From positions 3,047-67,046 of the forward strand of contig JAZQMW010000019.1 in assembly GCA_045627025.1 (NCBI GenBank): DNA of 64,000 bases, in the 5' to 3' direction. The stretch is from Treponema sp. (GTDB lineage Bacteria; Spirochaetota; Spirochaetia; Treponematales; Treponemataceae). The position numbers were made by a program, and so were the translations under genes. Under the pieces are notes generated by a model. It searched no databases, was not told where the DNA came from, and saw only the letters and a list, made by a program, of their open reading frames with translations. This document shows, piece after piece, positions 41,295-51,639 of this stretch. Position 1 is the stretch's first letter. The number at the start of each line of letters is the position of its first letter.

Positions 41295-44200
41295 ATGAAA
41301 AAGGCGTTGAGATTAGGTATTGACATTGGTTCCACAACAGTAAAGGTTGTAGTATATGACAAAGACGGAGACAAGGTTCTTTTCCAGAAATATACGAGAC
41401 ATCATGCGGAACAGAAAAAGACTGTGCAAAAGCTTCTTTTGGAAGTAAGGGAAAAATTCGGAAGCGTGGACTTCAAGATGGGAGTCTGCGGCTCAGGCGG
41501 AAAACACATTGCAGAATTCATAGGCGCACATTACATACAGGAAGTCGTTGCAAACTCGTGTGCGGTAAGGGCAAAGTACAGTCAGGCAAGGACAGCGATA
41601 GAACTTGGCGGACAGGATGCAAAAATCATATTTTTCTATTACGATGAAAAGCAAAACAGGCTCATGACATCCGACATGCGCATGAACGGAAGCTGTGCCG
41701 GAGGAACGGGTGCATTCATAGACGAAATAGCGGCACTCCTCAAGGTTCCTGTAGAACAATTCGAATCCCTTGCATCAAAAGGAAAGACAGTGCATTCCAT
41801 ATCAGGAAGATGCGGAGTTTTTGCAAAAACAGACATACAGGGACTTTTAAACCAGAACGTAAGCCGCGAAGACATAGCACTTTCCGCATTCCATGCGATA
41901 GTAAAGCAGACAATCGGAGGACTTGCGCAGGGACTTGAACTCAAATCCCCTGTCATATTCGAGGGCGGTCCCCTCAATTTCAATCCGACACTCATAAAAG
42001 CATTCTGCGAACGTCTGAATCTTGCAGAAAGCGACATGATATTCCCGGAAAACCCGGACACGATAGTAGCTCTTGGATGTGCGCTTGCAGTAGACGAACT
42101 TTTTCCTTCAGAAGAAGAAACTCTGTCCCTTGAAAAGACGATAGAATCGCTCAATGTGGAAAAAATCCCAGTTTCAGAAGATGACGAAACGGCCCATGTC
42201 CAGACAAAATATTTTGAAACGGAAGAAGAATGCCAGAAATGGCGTGAAGAGCACATAATACGGAAAATAGAGCCTCCAGCATTAAAAGAAGGCGACACGC
42301 TCGGCATATACATAGGCATAGACGCAGGCTCCACAACGTCAAAGCTTGTATTCATGGACAAAGACGAAAACATGATAGACAGCTTTTACGCAAACAACGA
42401 AGGAGACCCCATACGCGTACTCAAGGAAGGACTCTACTCTCTTTACAGAAAATATTCAGAAAAAGGCGTAAAGCTTGAAGTGCTCGGACTTGGAACTACA
42501 GGATACGGAGAACTCCTCATAGGAACCGCATTCGGAGCAGACTATCATACGGTGGAAACCGTAGCCCATGCAGAGGCCGCAAGAAAATACATGAAAGACG
42601 TAAGCTTCATACTTGACATAGGCGGCCAGGACATGAAGGGCATCTGGATAAAAAACAACATAGTGACGAACATAACGCTAAACGAAGCATGCTCTTCAGG
42701 ATGCGGATCATTTCTCCAGAACTTTGCCACATCGCTTGGAATTCCGCTTGAAAAAATAGCAGATGCCGCATTCAGCTCAAAAAATCCTGCAAACCTTGGA
42801 AGCCGCTGTACGGTTTTCATGAACAGCACGATAATAACGGAACAGAAAAACGGCAAGAACGCCGAAGACATCATGGCAGGACTCTGCCGCTCAATCATAG
42901 AAAACGTATTCACGAAGGTCGTACGCATAGCAGACACGTCAGTCCTTGGAAAAAACATCATGGTACAGGGAGGAACGTTCAAAAACGACGCCGTACTCAG
43001 GGCATTGGAGCAATACCTGAAGGTAAACGTAAACCGAGCCCCGTATCCTGGGGAAATGGGAGCGATAGGAGCCGCCCTCCTCACAAAAAAACATGCGGAA
43101 AGCTGCAAAACGAATTTCATTGGATTCGAAAACCTTGGTTCCTTTTCATACGAACAGACAGAAAACCAGCTTTGCCCGCACTGCGCAAACCACTGTTCAA
43201 GGACAATAGTAAAATTCCCGAACGGAAGATCATACATAACGGGAAACAAATGTCCAAAGGGAGAATCAGAGCAAAAAGATGCGCCTAAAATAAAGAACGT
43301 ACCGGATCTTTTCCTCGTAAGGGAATCGCTCATAACCAAAATGTATGACGTCACACCGCTTTCAGAAAAAAGAAACTTGACGATCGGCCTTCCACGGGTA
43401 CTAGAATTCTGGGACAGCATGCCATTCTGGACCACATTCTTCCGCTCGCTCGGATTTGACGTCGCAATATCAGACGCAAGCTCAAGGCCACAATTTGAAA
43501 AAGGACTGCCTTTCATAGCGTCAGACACGGTATGCTTCCCGGCAAAACTTGTGCACGGACACATACAGAACCTCGTATCAAAGAAAGTCGACATAATCTT
43601 CATGCCAATGATCATGAACATGCCGCCAAAAGACACGGAAAACAAAAGCAGCTACGTATGCGCCGTCGTAAAAGGATATCCGCTCATCATATACAATCAG
43701 GAAAACCCTGAGAAAAGATGGAAGATAAGGTATGAAAACCCAATGTTCCACTGGTACCGCGAAGAAGACAGGCTCATACAGCTTTCAGAATACATGGAAA
43801 AAGCATTCGGCATAGGAAAACCGCTCGTGAAAAAAGCATTCAGGCAGGGAGCCGATGCCCTTTCATCATTCAGGAAAACACTCGTATCGCTTGGAGACAA
43901 GATAAGGAATGACATGAAGGCGGAAGGCAAATTTGCAGTCGTACTTGCAGGAAGGCCATACCACACGGATCCGCTTGTAAGCCATGACCTTTCAAGGGTA
44001 TTCACAAGAGAAGGAATACCAGTGCTCACAGTAGACTCCATTTCAAATCTTGAAAAAGAAGACTTGACCCACACAAGGGCAGAACTCACGAACAACTTCC
44101 ACACAAGGATGCTTGCAGGCGCCAGCATAGCCGCAAAATCGGAAGAACTTGAATATGCTCAGATAGTAAGTTTCGGATGCGGACACGATGCAATCCTTTC

Positions 44201-45632
44201 AGACGAAATCATAAGGATTACAGGCGAAATATCAGGAAAATCACCGCTCATCCTCAAAATGGACGAAGGCGGAGCAAGCAATTCGCTGGGAATCCGCGTA
44301 AAGTCATTCATAGAAACAATACAGGAAAGAAGAAGCAAAAAGGGCAATTCCCTTGAAATAAAGCCACTTCCAGACGCATACAACGTAAAGTTCTACAAGG
44401 AAGACAGAAAAATACGCACGGTTCTCGTACCGAACGTATCAGTTGCATTCTGCAAGCTTTTAAGCGCAACCCTTTCCAAATCTGGACTCAAGGCAGTACC
44501 GATGAAACTTGGAAGCATCAACGAAATAAGGCTCGGAAAAAAATACGTACACAACGACACGTGTTTCCCGGCACAGATGGTAATCGGAGAAGCCATATCA
44601 GAACTGCAGAGCGGAAAATACAAGATTGATGAAGTCGCAATAGGAATGGCAAAATACCAGGGAGACTGCCGACTCACGCACTACTCAGCACTCTTGAGGC
44701 GCGCCCTAAATGCGGCAGGATTCGAAAAAGTGCCAATCATCTCAACAGACCCTGCAGACTACAAGAACATGCATCCTGGAATCAAGCTCGGAAACATGTT
44801 CAACATAGCAACAGTATGGGCAGTCGTATTCCTCGACATCCTTGAAGAACTCAGAAGAAAAATAAGGCCTTATGAAATAGAAAAAGGCGAAACCGACAGA
44901 GTATTCGACTCAATCACAGACAGACTTGCCGAAGCGCTCAAGCACGGAACCGAAAAGGCATTCAAAGTCTTCAAGGAAGGCATGGACGAATTCTGCAAGA
45001 TAAAATACGACAGGACACACTTAAAGCCAAGGGTATTCATCACGGGAGAATATCTCGTCACATTCCACCCAGGCTCAAATTTCCATGTAGAAGAATACCT
45101 TGAAAAAAACGGAATGGAAGTAATATTCCCAAGAATGATGAACGTATTCTGGAAAGACTTCCACTCAAGAATATGCGAAATGAAAGACTATCACGTAAAA
45201 TTCCCACTTGACACGGGACCATTTTCATATGTTGCGGAAGGACTCATACAGTTTGCAATGACCAGGGCAGAAAAAATTGCGGAAAAACACCCACTCTACA
45301 AGCGAACCATAAGACTCCCAAAACTAGCTCTTGAAACAAACCCTGTAATGGAGCGTACGTTCCTTTCAGGCGAAGGATGGCTCATACCGGGAGAAATAAG
45401 GGAATTTGCACGTGACGGAGTATCTTCTTTCGTAATACTTCAGCCATTCGGATGCCTTCCAAACCACATCACGGGACGTGGCACAATGAAAAAAATCAAG
45501 GAAGAATTCCCTGCAATCCAGATACTTCCACTCGACCTTGACCCTGACACAAGCTTTGCAAACGTGGAAAACAGGCTACAGATGCTCATAATGAATGAAA
45601 AAAACAGGCATTCACTTGCAAAAAGTTCTTGA
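41295..45632 (+). CDS. 2-hydroxyacyl-CoA dehydratase activase-related fusion protein (two ASKHA activase domains plus DUF2229-like region)
   Basis: GIDIGSTT, ELGGQDAK, MNGSCAGGTG, GIDAGSTT, DIGGQDMK, NEACSSGCGSF, QPFGCLPNH. Confidence 0.9.
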   Translation: MKKALRLGIDIGSTTVKVVVYDKDGDKVLFQKYTRHHAEQKKTVQKLLLEVREKFGSVDFKMGVCGSGGKHIAEFIGAHYIQEVVANSCAVRAKYSQARTAIELGGQDAKIIFFYYDEKQNRLMTSDMRMNGSCAGGTGAFIDEIAALLKVPVEQFESLASKGKTVHSISGRCGVFAKTDIQGLLNQNVSREDIALSAFHAIVKQTIGGLAQGLELKSPVIFEGGPLNFNPTLIKAFCERLNLAESDMIFPENPDTIVALGCALAVDELFPSEEETLSLEKTIESLNVEKIPVSEDDETAHVQTKYFETEEECQKWREEHIIRKIEPPALKEGDTLGIYIGIDAGSTTSKLVFMDKDENMIDSFYANNEGDPIRVLKEGLYSLYRKYSEKGVKLEVLGLGTTGYGELLIGTAFGADYHTVETVAHAEAARKYMKDVSFILDIGGQDMKGIWIKNNIVTNITLNEACSSGCGSFLQNFATSLGIPLEKIADAAFSSKNPANLGSRCTVFMNSTIITEQKNGKNAEDIMAGLCRSIIENVFTKVVRIADTSVLGKNIMVQGGTFKNDAVLRALEQYLKVNVNRAPYPGEMGAIGAALLTKKHAESCKTNFIGFENLGSFSYEQTENQLCPHCANHCSRTIVKFPNGRSYITGNKCPKGESEQKDAPKIKNVPDLFLVRESLITKMYDVTPLSEKRNLTIGLPRVLEFWDSMPFWTTFFRSLGFDVAISDASSRPQFEKGLPFIASDTVCFPAKLVHGHIQNLVSKKVDIIFMPMIMNMPPKDTENKSSYVCAVVKGYPLIIYNQENPEKRWKIRYENPMFHWYREEDRLIQLSEYMEKAFGIGKPLVKKAFRQGADALSSFRKTLVSLGDKIRNDMKAEGKFAVVLAGRPYHTDPLVSHDLSRVFTREGIPVLTVDSISNLEKEDLTHTRAELTNNFHTRMLAGASIAAKSEELEYAQIVSFGCGHDAILSDEIIRITGEISGKSPLILKMDEGGASNSLGIRVKSFIETIQERRSKKGNSLEIKPLPDAYNVKFYKEDRKIRTVLVPNVSVAFCKLLSATLSKSGLKAVPMKLGSINEIRLGKKYVHNDTCFPAQMVIGEAISELQSGKYKIDEVAIGMAKYQGDCRLTHYSALLRRALNAAGFEKVPIISTDPADYKNMHPGIKLGNMFNIATVWAVVFLDILEELRRKIRPYEIEKGETDRVFDSITDRLAEALKHGTEKAFKVFKEGMDEFCKIKYDRTHLKPRVFITGEYLVTFHPGSNFHVEEYLEKNGMEVIFPRMMNVFWKDFHSRICEMKDYHVKFPLDTGPFSYVAEGLIQFAMTRAEKIAEKHPLYKRTIRLPKLALETNPVMERTFLSGEGWLIPGEIREFARDGVSSFVILQPFGCLPNHITGRGTMKKIKEEFPAIQILPLDLDPDTSFANVENRLQMLIMNEKNRHSLAKSS

Positions 45633-45738
45633 AAAATTTAAATCTGAGCGATTAACTCAATCACTTCGATTCTAAAAAAAAAGCCCCTGAAATTTGGAAA
45701 AAACATGTTTTGTAAAAATATGCTCATTTCCATTTTCA

Positions 45739-45852
45739 GGGCGTTCCCCTCCGCTTACGCTACGGGTCAGGCTTTCCGCGGCTCCGGCATTCGCCTCCGA
45801 CCAAACGCATCCGCGTTTGTTTGCTTCGCACCGCTACAATCCTTAACGCGGG
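45739..45852 (-). ncRNA. Flavo-1-like structured element, copy 1
   Basis: Minus strand GCGTTAAGGATTGTAGCGG...CCGCGGAAAGCCTGACCC...GGGGAACGCCC; homologous to 62662-62800; family assignment from recalled consensus only. Confidence 0.65.
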
Positions 45853-46015
45853 AAAAAACAAAACTCCCCAAACATGCATCATCAATGTTATTTGACAATC
45901 TGCATTCAAAGCCTCTTCCAGCGTTCTGCATGCCGGTTTGCATGCCAATTCTCGATTTGCTTACATTGCATAACTTGATAATTCTAGTTTTGTCATAATA
46001 GATTTCCTTTATTCA

Positions 46016-46404
46016 TTAGTTAGACCAATCACTTGGGATATAGCTAAAATAATCTTCAAAAGATGCACACAGTAATTTTCTGCTTTCAAAGTCAGATGTT
46101 TTTCTGTAATCGATTCTGTAAATTGGAGTATTTTGCTGATTCAAATCTGCAAAGAGAATGAAATTTCGCTTAAAACCAAATGAAACACAATTTTACACTA
46201 TCCATCTTTTCCAAAAATAAAACCTTTTTCATACATATACTGTTTAAATTCGTTTGTTACATCAGTATTTGTATTTGCATCTAAAATCTTAAAAGATTTA
46301 AAAATAAAACTTTTCTCTAATTTTTTAAAAACTTCATCAAAATTCTTTGCAGAACCGTTTTTTTCGTAGCCATTTGAATCATAGATTTTGTATTTTGTTG
46401 TCAT
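46016..46404 (-). pseudogene. Disrupted SMI1/KNR4 (SUKH)-like gene
   Basis: 68-aa ORF 46404-46198 followed, in another frame, by NCVSFGFKRNFILFADLNQQNTPIYRIDY...LLCASFEDYFSYIPSDWSN*. Confidence 0.5.
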
Positions 46405-46506
46405 TTTGTGTTTTGCTCCTGATTCTTATAATTCTAGTGCGATTTTCAATTTTGCACAAAAAAAACTTCACAAATTGCGGTTTGCAAAATGGGAAGTTTG
46501 TAAAAT

Positions 46507-48075
46507 CTATTCTTCCTGAATGATCCATTCTGAAAGTTGTCTTTTTTCGCTTGAGTAGTTGATTCCGACTTTTATGATTTTTCTGCCGTCGTATTTGTAA
46601 GGAATCGGATAATTTTGAGAATTTATCTGGTCGATTGCTTCCTGCGCAGTTCCGTCCATTTTGAACTCGAAGATGTAGATTTTCTCTTTTTCCCAGATTA
46701 CGGCATCACTTCTGCCTTCTCCGTTTTGAACTTCGCAGATTATGAATTCGCCCATAAGTTTGAAGATGAGCCACACGAAAGCCTGGCAGTTAAGTTCGTA
46801 TTGCTTTTGATTCGTTGGTTTTGGTGCGGAGGCAAAAATGTTATTGATTCGTTTCATGAAATCGTCGACCTTGCCTTTTTGGATTTCACGAATAAAATTA
46901 AGGACTTCGATTTTGTTTGTTTTTTCTGTATAACCTGCGTACAAAGGAACAAGGTTTTCATAAAGTCCGTAGCGAACTTCATCGTTTGGAAGACCTAAAA
47001 TAAAACTGTTGAAAGTTTTGTCATAAGATTTAATCGTTATGTAGCCTGTTTGATAAAGCATTGGAACTGGATCTGTTGATGTTAATCTATAATTTTCAAG
47101 CGAGCGGGATCCGACTTCAATTTCGTCTTCAAGTAAGTTGTAGTCAAAATCACCATTTCTTATCATCAGCGTCAAAAATGTCGGCGTGCCAGTTGAAAAC
47201 CAGTAACTAGAAAATTTCATATCTGAAAAAGCATTTAAAAGGCTGAATGGGTTGTAAATGTCTGTTTTTACATTTTCAGAAAAATGATAACCGTCATAAT
47301 TTTTTTTGAGCTTTTCTAAACATTCTTCTTTTGTGATTTCATTTTTTTCTGCCATATTTTCAATTTCCGGAATGAAATTTGCTTCCATTTCTTCCTGTGT
47401 TATTCCACAAATTGCAGAAAAATCTTCACTCATTGAAATATCTTTTAAATTATTCAAATCAGAGAAAATGCTTACTTTGTCAAAGCGGGTAACACCTGTG
47501 ATGAAAACAAAACGAATGTAAGCATCTTCGCTTTTTAGATTTCCGTAAAAACCTTTCAGGATATTTCTGATATTGTCTTCAAGTTCTTTGTTTTCGATAT
47601 TTTGCAAAAGCGGTTTGTCGTATTCATCAACGAGAACCACAACTTGCTCTCCAGTTTTTTCAAAAGCAGATTTTATGAGATTTTTGAAACGGATTGAAAT
47701 TGAATCTTCTATTTTTTCGATTTCATAAAGCTTTTCATATTCACCTAAACGATATGAAATTACTTGATTCAAGCTTTTTTCATCAATGTAGTTCTGCCCG
47801 TTAAAATCAAAATGAAAGACCGGATATTTTTTCCATTCTTTTTCTGTTTTTGAAATTGCGAGTCCTTCAAATAAATCAGAGCGGCCTTCAAAATAGCTTT
47901 TGAGAGTTGTAAGAAAAAGCGACTTTCCAAAACGGCGTGGACGGCTTAAAAAATATGGCTTTCCGACACTTGTTAATTTCTCGATAAATTGAGTTTTATC
48001 AACATAAACACATTTTTTTTGTCTGATTTCTTCAAATGTCTGGATGCCGATTGGCAAGTTGCGTTTTTCGTTCAT
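46507..48075 (-). CDS. AAA-like ATPase with C-terminal PD-(D/E)XK nuclease domain
   Basis: LPIGIQTF, YVDKT, LSRPRRFGKSL, LVDEYDKP, FITGV, YNPFS, GRSDAVI...IFEFK; AT-rich. Confidence 0.92.
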   Translation of the reverse strand: MNEKRNLPIGIQTFEEIRQKKCVYVDKTQFIEKLTSVGKPYFLSRPRRFGKSLFLTTLKSYFEGRSDLFEGLAISKTEKEWKKYPVFHFDFNGQNYIDEKSLNQVISYRLGEYEKLYEIEKIEDSISIRFKNLIKSAFEKTGEQVVVLVDEYDKPLLQNIENKELEDNIRNILKGFYGNLKSEDAYIRFVFITGVTRFDKVSIFSDLNNLKDISMSEDFSAICGITQEEMEANFIPEIENMAEKNEITKEECLEKLKKNYDGYHFSENVKTDIYNPFSLLNAFSDMKFSSYWFSTGTPTFLTLMIRNGDFDYNLLEDEIEVGSRSLENYRLTSTDPVPMLYQTGYITIKSYDKTFNSFILGLPNDEVRYGLYENLVPLYAGYTEKTNKIEVLNFIREIQKGKVDDFMKRINNIFASAPKPTNQKQYELNCQAFVWLIFKLMGEFIICEVQNGEGRSDAVIWEKEKIYIFEFKMDGTAQEAIDQINSQNYPIPYKYDGRKIIKVGINYSSEKRQLSEWIIQEE

Positions 48076-48242
48076 ATTTTCCTCCGTTCATGCCTTCTCT
48101 AACCTCTAATTTTAGCATAATTTTAAAAAACTGAAAACCTTAATAAAGCATGTTAAAAACTTACGCTTTTCTGTTTTTTTTCATCATAAAAATCAAGCCA
48201 TCGAGAAAAAAGCCTAGCTTAAACATCAAGACTAGGTCACTA

Positions 48243-48475
48243 TGAATTTGCGGCAGTGTGTTTTTTGGTGCACCTTTGCGTGAAGATAAACATCATCATG
48301 CTTTTGGCGGCAGTTTTGCGATTAAGTGGGTTTTGATTGCAAATTTTCTGGAAGAATAATCATCATCATGCCTTTGGGGTGCCCCTGCGACGGTTTGCTT
48401 CCAAGGCATCTATCTGGAAAACGGCACACGGTCTGCGTTCTGCATGTCATTTTGCTTTCCAATGCCGTTTTGCAG
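48243..48475 (-). repeat. Inverted, more decayed copy of the 40.8-41.2 kb repeat
   Basis: Reverse complement contains GCAAACCGTCG..GGGGCACCCCAAAGGCATG, TTTGCAATCAAAACCCA and exact TATCTTCACGCAAA; CATCATCATG recurs at 70-bp spacing (48291, 48361). Confidence 0.75.
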
Positions 48476-48574
48476 ATGCAAGAAACCCATGCATACCAAA
48501 ATAACGGCATGCAGAGTTGCTTTATGCACCACATAGAGATTGATTTCATGCATTTTAAGGCAGATTTAAGAAAA

Positions 48575-49474
48575 TTACTTGCAGTGCTTTATCCTGAAAA
48601 GTGATGCACAGTTTTCATCGACGGTCTTTGAAAGCTTGTCTACGCTCATGCCGATTTTTCCGGCTATGAAATCATATGTATATTTCACGTTGAGGGGATT
48701 GTTTTCAGTTCCGCGAAGAGGTACTGGTGCAAGATACGGAGAGTCTGTCTCAAGAAGGATTCTGTCTTTCGGCACGTAATTTAGAAGCGATATCATGTCG
48801 TCAAGTTTGTCTTTCTTTGCATAAGTCACGGCACCGCCAAACGCAAGATACCATCCCCTGTCAAGGAATGATTTTGCCTCATCGATTCCGTAAGAATAGC
48901 AGTGGACGATTCCCCTGTCGTATCCGACGCTTTTTATGACGTCCAGAGTGTCTTCAAATGCTTCCCTTGAATGAATGATGAAAGGAAGGTCAAGTTCCCT
49001 CGCATATTCAAGCTGCATTGCAAAAAGCTCTTTCTCGCCCATGAACATTTCCTTGTTGAAATCCTCACGGCATCTTCCGTCTGTTCCTGACGGATTCCAA
49101 TGATGGTCTATTCCGCCCTCGCCTATGGCCGCAAGATGGTCACGGAACATGCTGTCGCTTTCAAGAAAATCGTCGACCATATCGCGAAGAGTCTCCATGC
49201 ACGATTCCCTTTCCCTTATGGAATCCACATCAGGCCAAATTCCTGCCGAAAGGTAAATTGACTTTTTGAGCTTGCTCTGCATGTTTACGTCTGAAAGGTT
49301 TTCAATGCATTCCTGGAGACAAAAAGCCCTGTCCATAAGGTCATCCGCACGTGTTCCCACATCAAGGCCAAATGCAATTTTGTTTTTTGCCATCTGCTCC
49401 AAAAGCTCGGTACCGTATTCCGTGCTGTTGTTCTCCACAAGATTATGAAAATGAAAATGAGTGTCGCTGAACAT
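48575..49474 (-). CDS. TatD-family hydrolase
   Basis: DTHFH, AIGEGGID, IIHSREA, GIVHCYS, ILLETDSPYLAP; GAGG SD before ATG 49474. Confidence 0.92.
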   Translation of the reverse strand: MFSDTHFHFHNLVENNSTEYGTELLEQMAKNKIAFGLDVGTRADDLMDRAFCLQECIENLSDVNMQSKLKKSIYLSAGIWPDVDSIRERESCMETLRDMVDDFLESDSMFRDHLAAIGEGGIDHHWNPSGTDGRCREDFNKEMFMGEKELFAMQLEYARELDLPFIIHSREAFEDTLDVIKSVGYDRGIVHCYSYGIDEAKSFLDRGWYLAFGGAVTYAKKDKLDDMISLLNYVPKDRILLETDSPYLAPVPLRGTENNPLNVKYTYDFIAGKIGMSVDKLSKTVDENCASLFRIKHCK

Positions 49475-49615
49475 AAATTCCTCTTCCAAAATATCTGAAA
49501 CTCCTGAATTCGGGGTAAAATGCACCGCACTTCCCATGAAAAGCATCTTGAGATGACCGGGAAAGCGAAGTCTGAAACCATGTCGCAAATCCTGCATCTT
49601 TTCCAAAATCAAGTT

Positions 49616-49645
49616 AAAAAAAAAGACAGCCAAAAGACTGTCTGT
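49616..49645 (-). terminator. Terminator after tRNA-Leu
   Basis: AGACAGTC-TTTT-GGCTGTCT followed by a T run on the minus strand. Confidence 0.75.
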
Positions 49646-49648
49646 TTG

Positions 49649-49736
49649 TGCCGGGAACCAGAATCGAACTGGCACGGCAGGTTAAATTGCCGAGGGATTT
49701 TAAGTCCCTTGTGTCTACCTATTCCACCATCCCGGC
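49649..49736 (-). tRNA. tRNA-Leu (anticodon TAA), CCA not encoded
   Basis: GCCGGGA acceptor stem, TGGTGGAATAGGTAGAC D arm, GGGA-CTTAAAA-TCCC, long variable arm, GTTCGATT; upstream TTGAAT-N17-TATAGT. Confidence 0.95.
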
Positions 49737-49796
49737 GACATATAGTACTATACACCATATGCTTTTTTTATTCAAGTAGCTGACCCAATTTAGACA

Positions 49797-50285
49797 TCAG
49801 CGAACCTTGCTGTACAAATCAACCATTTCCTCACGCCACGGAAGCTTCTTTTCCTTTGACTCGAAATCAATGATTTTCTTTATCTTGAAATGCTTCGTAT
49901 CGTGAATATTCTCATAATAAATTACGCCAAACCGCCCCTGGCCTATGTATGCAATCTTGTCATTCGGACCAAGCGATTCCTGCTTTTGAAGGCTTTCTAC
50001 GACACAGTCAAAATGCATCACCTTTTCTGCTTCAGAATCAGTAATGGCCGTGGTTATCTCCGAGATTGGCTTTCCGCATATGGCACAGACATGATTCTGC
50101 TCTTCCTTGAAATGCTTTATGGCCATCTCGTTTTCCTTTATCATTTCCTGCGTCACGGATTGAATTGTCGGTCGGAAAACAGGCTTTGAGGCAGCATATC
50201 CTTTGGAATTCTCACGATATTCCTTTCTGCCGCCTTCGTTGTTTTTCCAATTATTATGACGTTTACTGTATCTGTCTTTTTTCAT
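49797..50285 (-). CDS. Conserved hypothetical protein with Cys/His motif
   Basis: CAICGKPI...HFDC, YIGQGRFGVI. Confidence 0.8.
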   Translation of the reverse strand: MKKDRYSKRHNNWKNNEGGRKEYRENSKGYAASKPVFRPTIQSVTQEMIKENEMAIKHFKEEQNHVCAICGKPISEITTAITDSEAEKVMHFDCVVESLQKQESLGPNDKIAYIGQGRFGVIYYENIHDTKHFKIKKIIDFESKEKKLPWREEMVDLYSKVR

Positions 50286-50460
50286 GCGTATATTATAACG
50301 TTTTCTCTACATTAAAATCAACAATATGCCTGCTCATTATTACAGCAATCCTGTCTATTGCAAAATTAATGTAATTTTCATCCTGGATTTTCTTCTGCAA
50401 TTCCGCTATTTTTGGCGAAACCGTACTCTTTGATGCAACATTGTCCACTGTCTGCATTTA

Positions 50461-50838
50461 TCACTCCGAAAAAGCATTGACAATATGATATTCCGTATCC
50501 AGCCCCGGCACATCAATTGCCAGCACATCAAATCTGATGTACCTGTTACTATATTCTCGATGTTTTTCAAGGTAACATTTAGATGTTTTGATTATGTTTT
50601 TGATTTTTTTCCGATTAAGTTCTGACTGCAGGATGTCAACATTTCCATGGGGAAGATACTTGACCTCAACAAAGACAATGAATTCCCCGTAAAGCGCCAC
50701 TATGTCAATCTCACCGCCACGGATGTAGTAATTCCTGTCTACAATCTGATATCCGTTTTTCAAAAGAAACGAGACAGCCCTCTCCTCTCCAATATTTCCC
50801 ATTTTTCTGGTAGAAATCTTATTTTCCACCATCAGCAC
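50461..50838 (-). CDS. YraN family protein
   Basis: GNIGEERAVSFL, RNY, GEIDIVA, IVFVEVK, RFDVLAI. Confidence 0.9.
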   Translation of the reverse strand: MLMVENKISTRKMGNIGEERAVSFLLKNGYQIVDRNYYIRGGEIDIVALYGEFIVFVEVKYLPHGNVDILQSELNRKKIKNIIKTSKCYLEKHREYSNRYIRFDVLAIDVPGLDTEYHIVNAFSE

Positions 50839-51098
50839 TAATCCTCATCAAGCGGTTCAAGTTCTTCCAGTTCTTCAAATTCTTCTTCATCTTTTTCCAT
50901 GTTCATCAGTATCTGTTCCTCGGTAAGCTGTTCACCATCGGAAAGAAGATACGGCACGGACCATCTTTTCAAAGCAGACATGTGAAATGCCTTGGCACTT
51001 TTATAAGCTCCAAGAAACATGCAAATTCCATCATCAAAAAAAACAGGTTTTGAAAACTGCACTCCTATCTTGATTCTGGATATATCAATCTGATTCAT
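50838..51098 (-). CDS. Hypothetical protein with acidic tail
   Basis: AAGGA SD; abuts yraN; FSKPVFFDDG. Confidence 0.7.
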   Translation of the reverse strand: MNQIDISRIKIGVQFSKPVFFDDGICMFLGAYKSAKAFHMSALKRWSVPYLLSDGEQLTEEQILMNMEKDEEEFEELEELEPLDED

Positions 51099-51639
51099 TT
51101 CAATTTCCTTAACTTTTTTATCTAAAAATCCAAATGCATGACTTGCAAATTTCCAGGCAAAGAAAAATCTCCGCAAGGAAAAATGAGCCGCAAAGAACAT
51201 CAACATGGCAAAATACCCGCATTAATGCACTGCGACATGCCCAAACACGCAGCATTCACATGAATTCCCAGGCAATCAAGAATCCCAAAAAAACATTCCG
51301 GACTCCAGAAACCACCTACCAAAATACAGATAAAAAGCCTTAAAAAATACCTTATTTTGTAAATATAATGCAAAATACCATTTTTTCAAGCCCATGCCAA
51401 AACAAACATAATTTTTTGCACTTATGGCAGTCAAAAAAACTGCAGCCTGAATTCCAGCCAAGGAACATTCTTTGGAAACACATTATGCCATTCCGGGAGA
51501 CTGTGTCCAATAAAGATGAAACCATACGAGTTCCATTGCAAATCGCCCCAAGGATATCTCACGATGCCATGCATTCATTTTTTCAATAAAAATACTTTTG
51601 AAATTTTCCCTTGTTTTTTAATTTTACAAACACCATAAC

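Noticed and set aside
40638-41323. Several overlapping ORFs across the repeat
   Set aside because: All three plus frames and some minus frames are open because the repeat lacks stops; no SD or recognisable motifs.
41639-43645. Long antisense ORFs (244 and 366 aa) opposite the activase gene
   Set aside because: Shadow ORFs caused by biased codon usage; S/F/M-rich with no motifs.
49475-49675. 67-aa N-terminal extension of TatD
   Set aside because: Overlaps tRNA-Leu and its terminator; the SD-supported start is 49474.
49649-49736. tRNA-Leu as an island integration site
   Set aside because: No integrase and no duplicated tRNA 3' end seen in the window.
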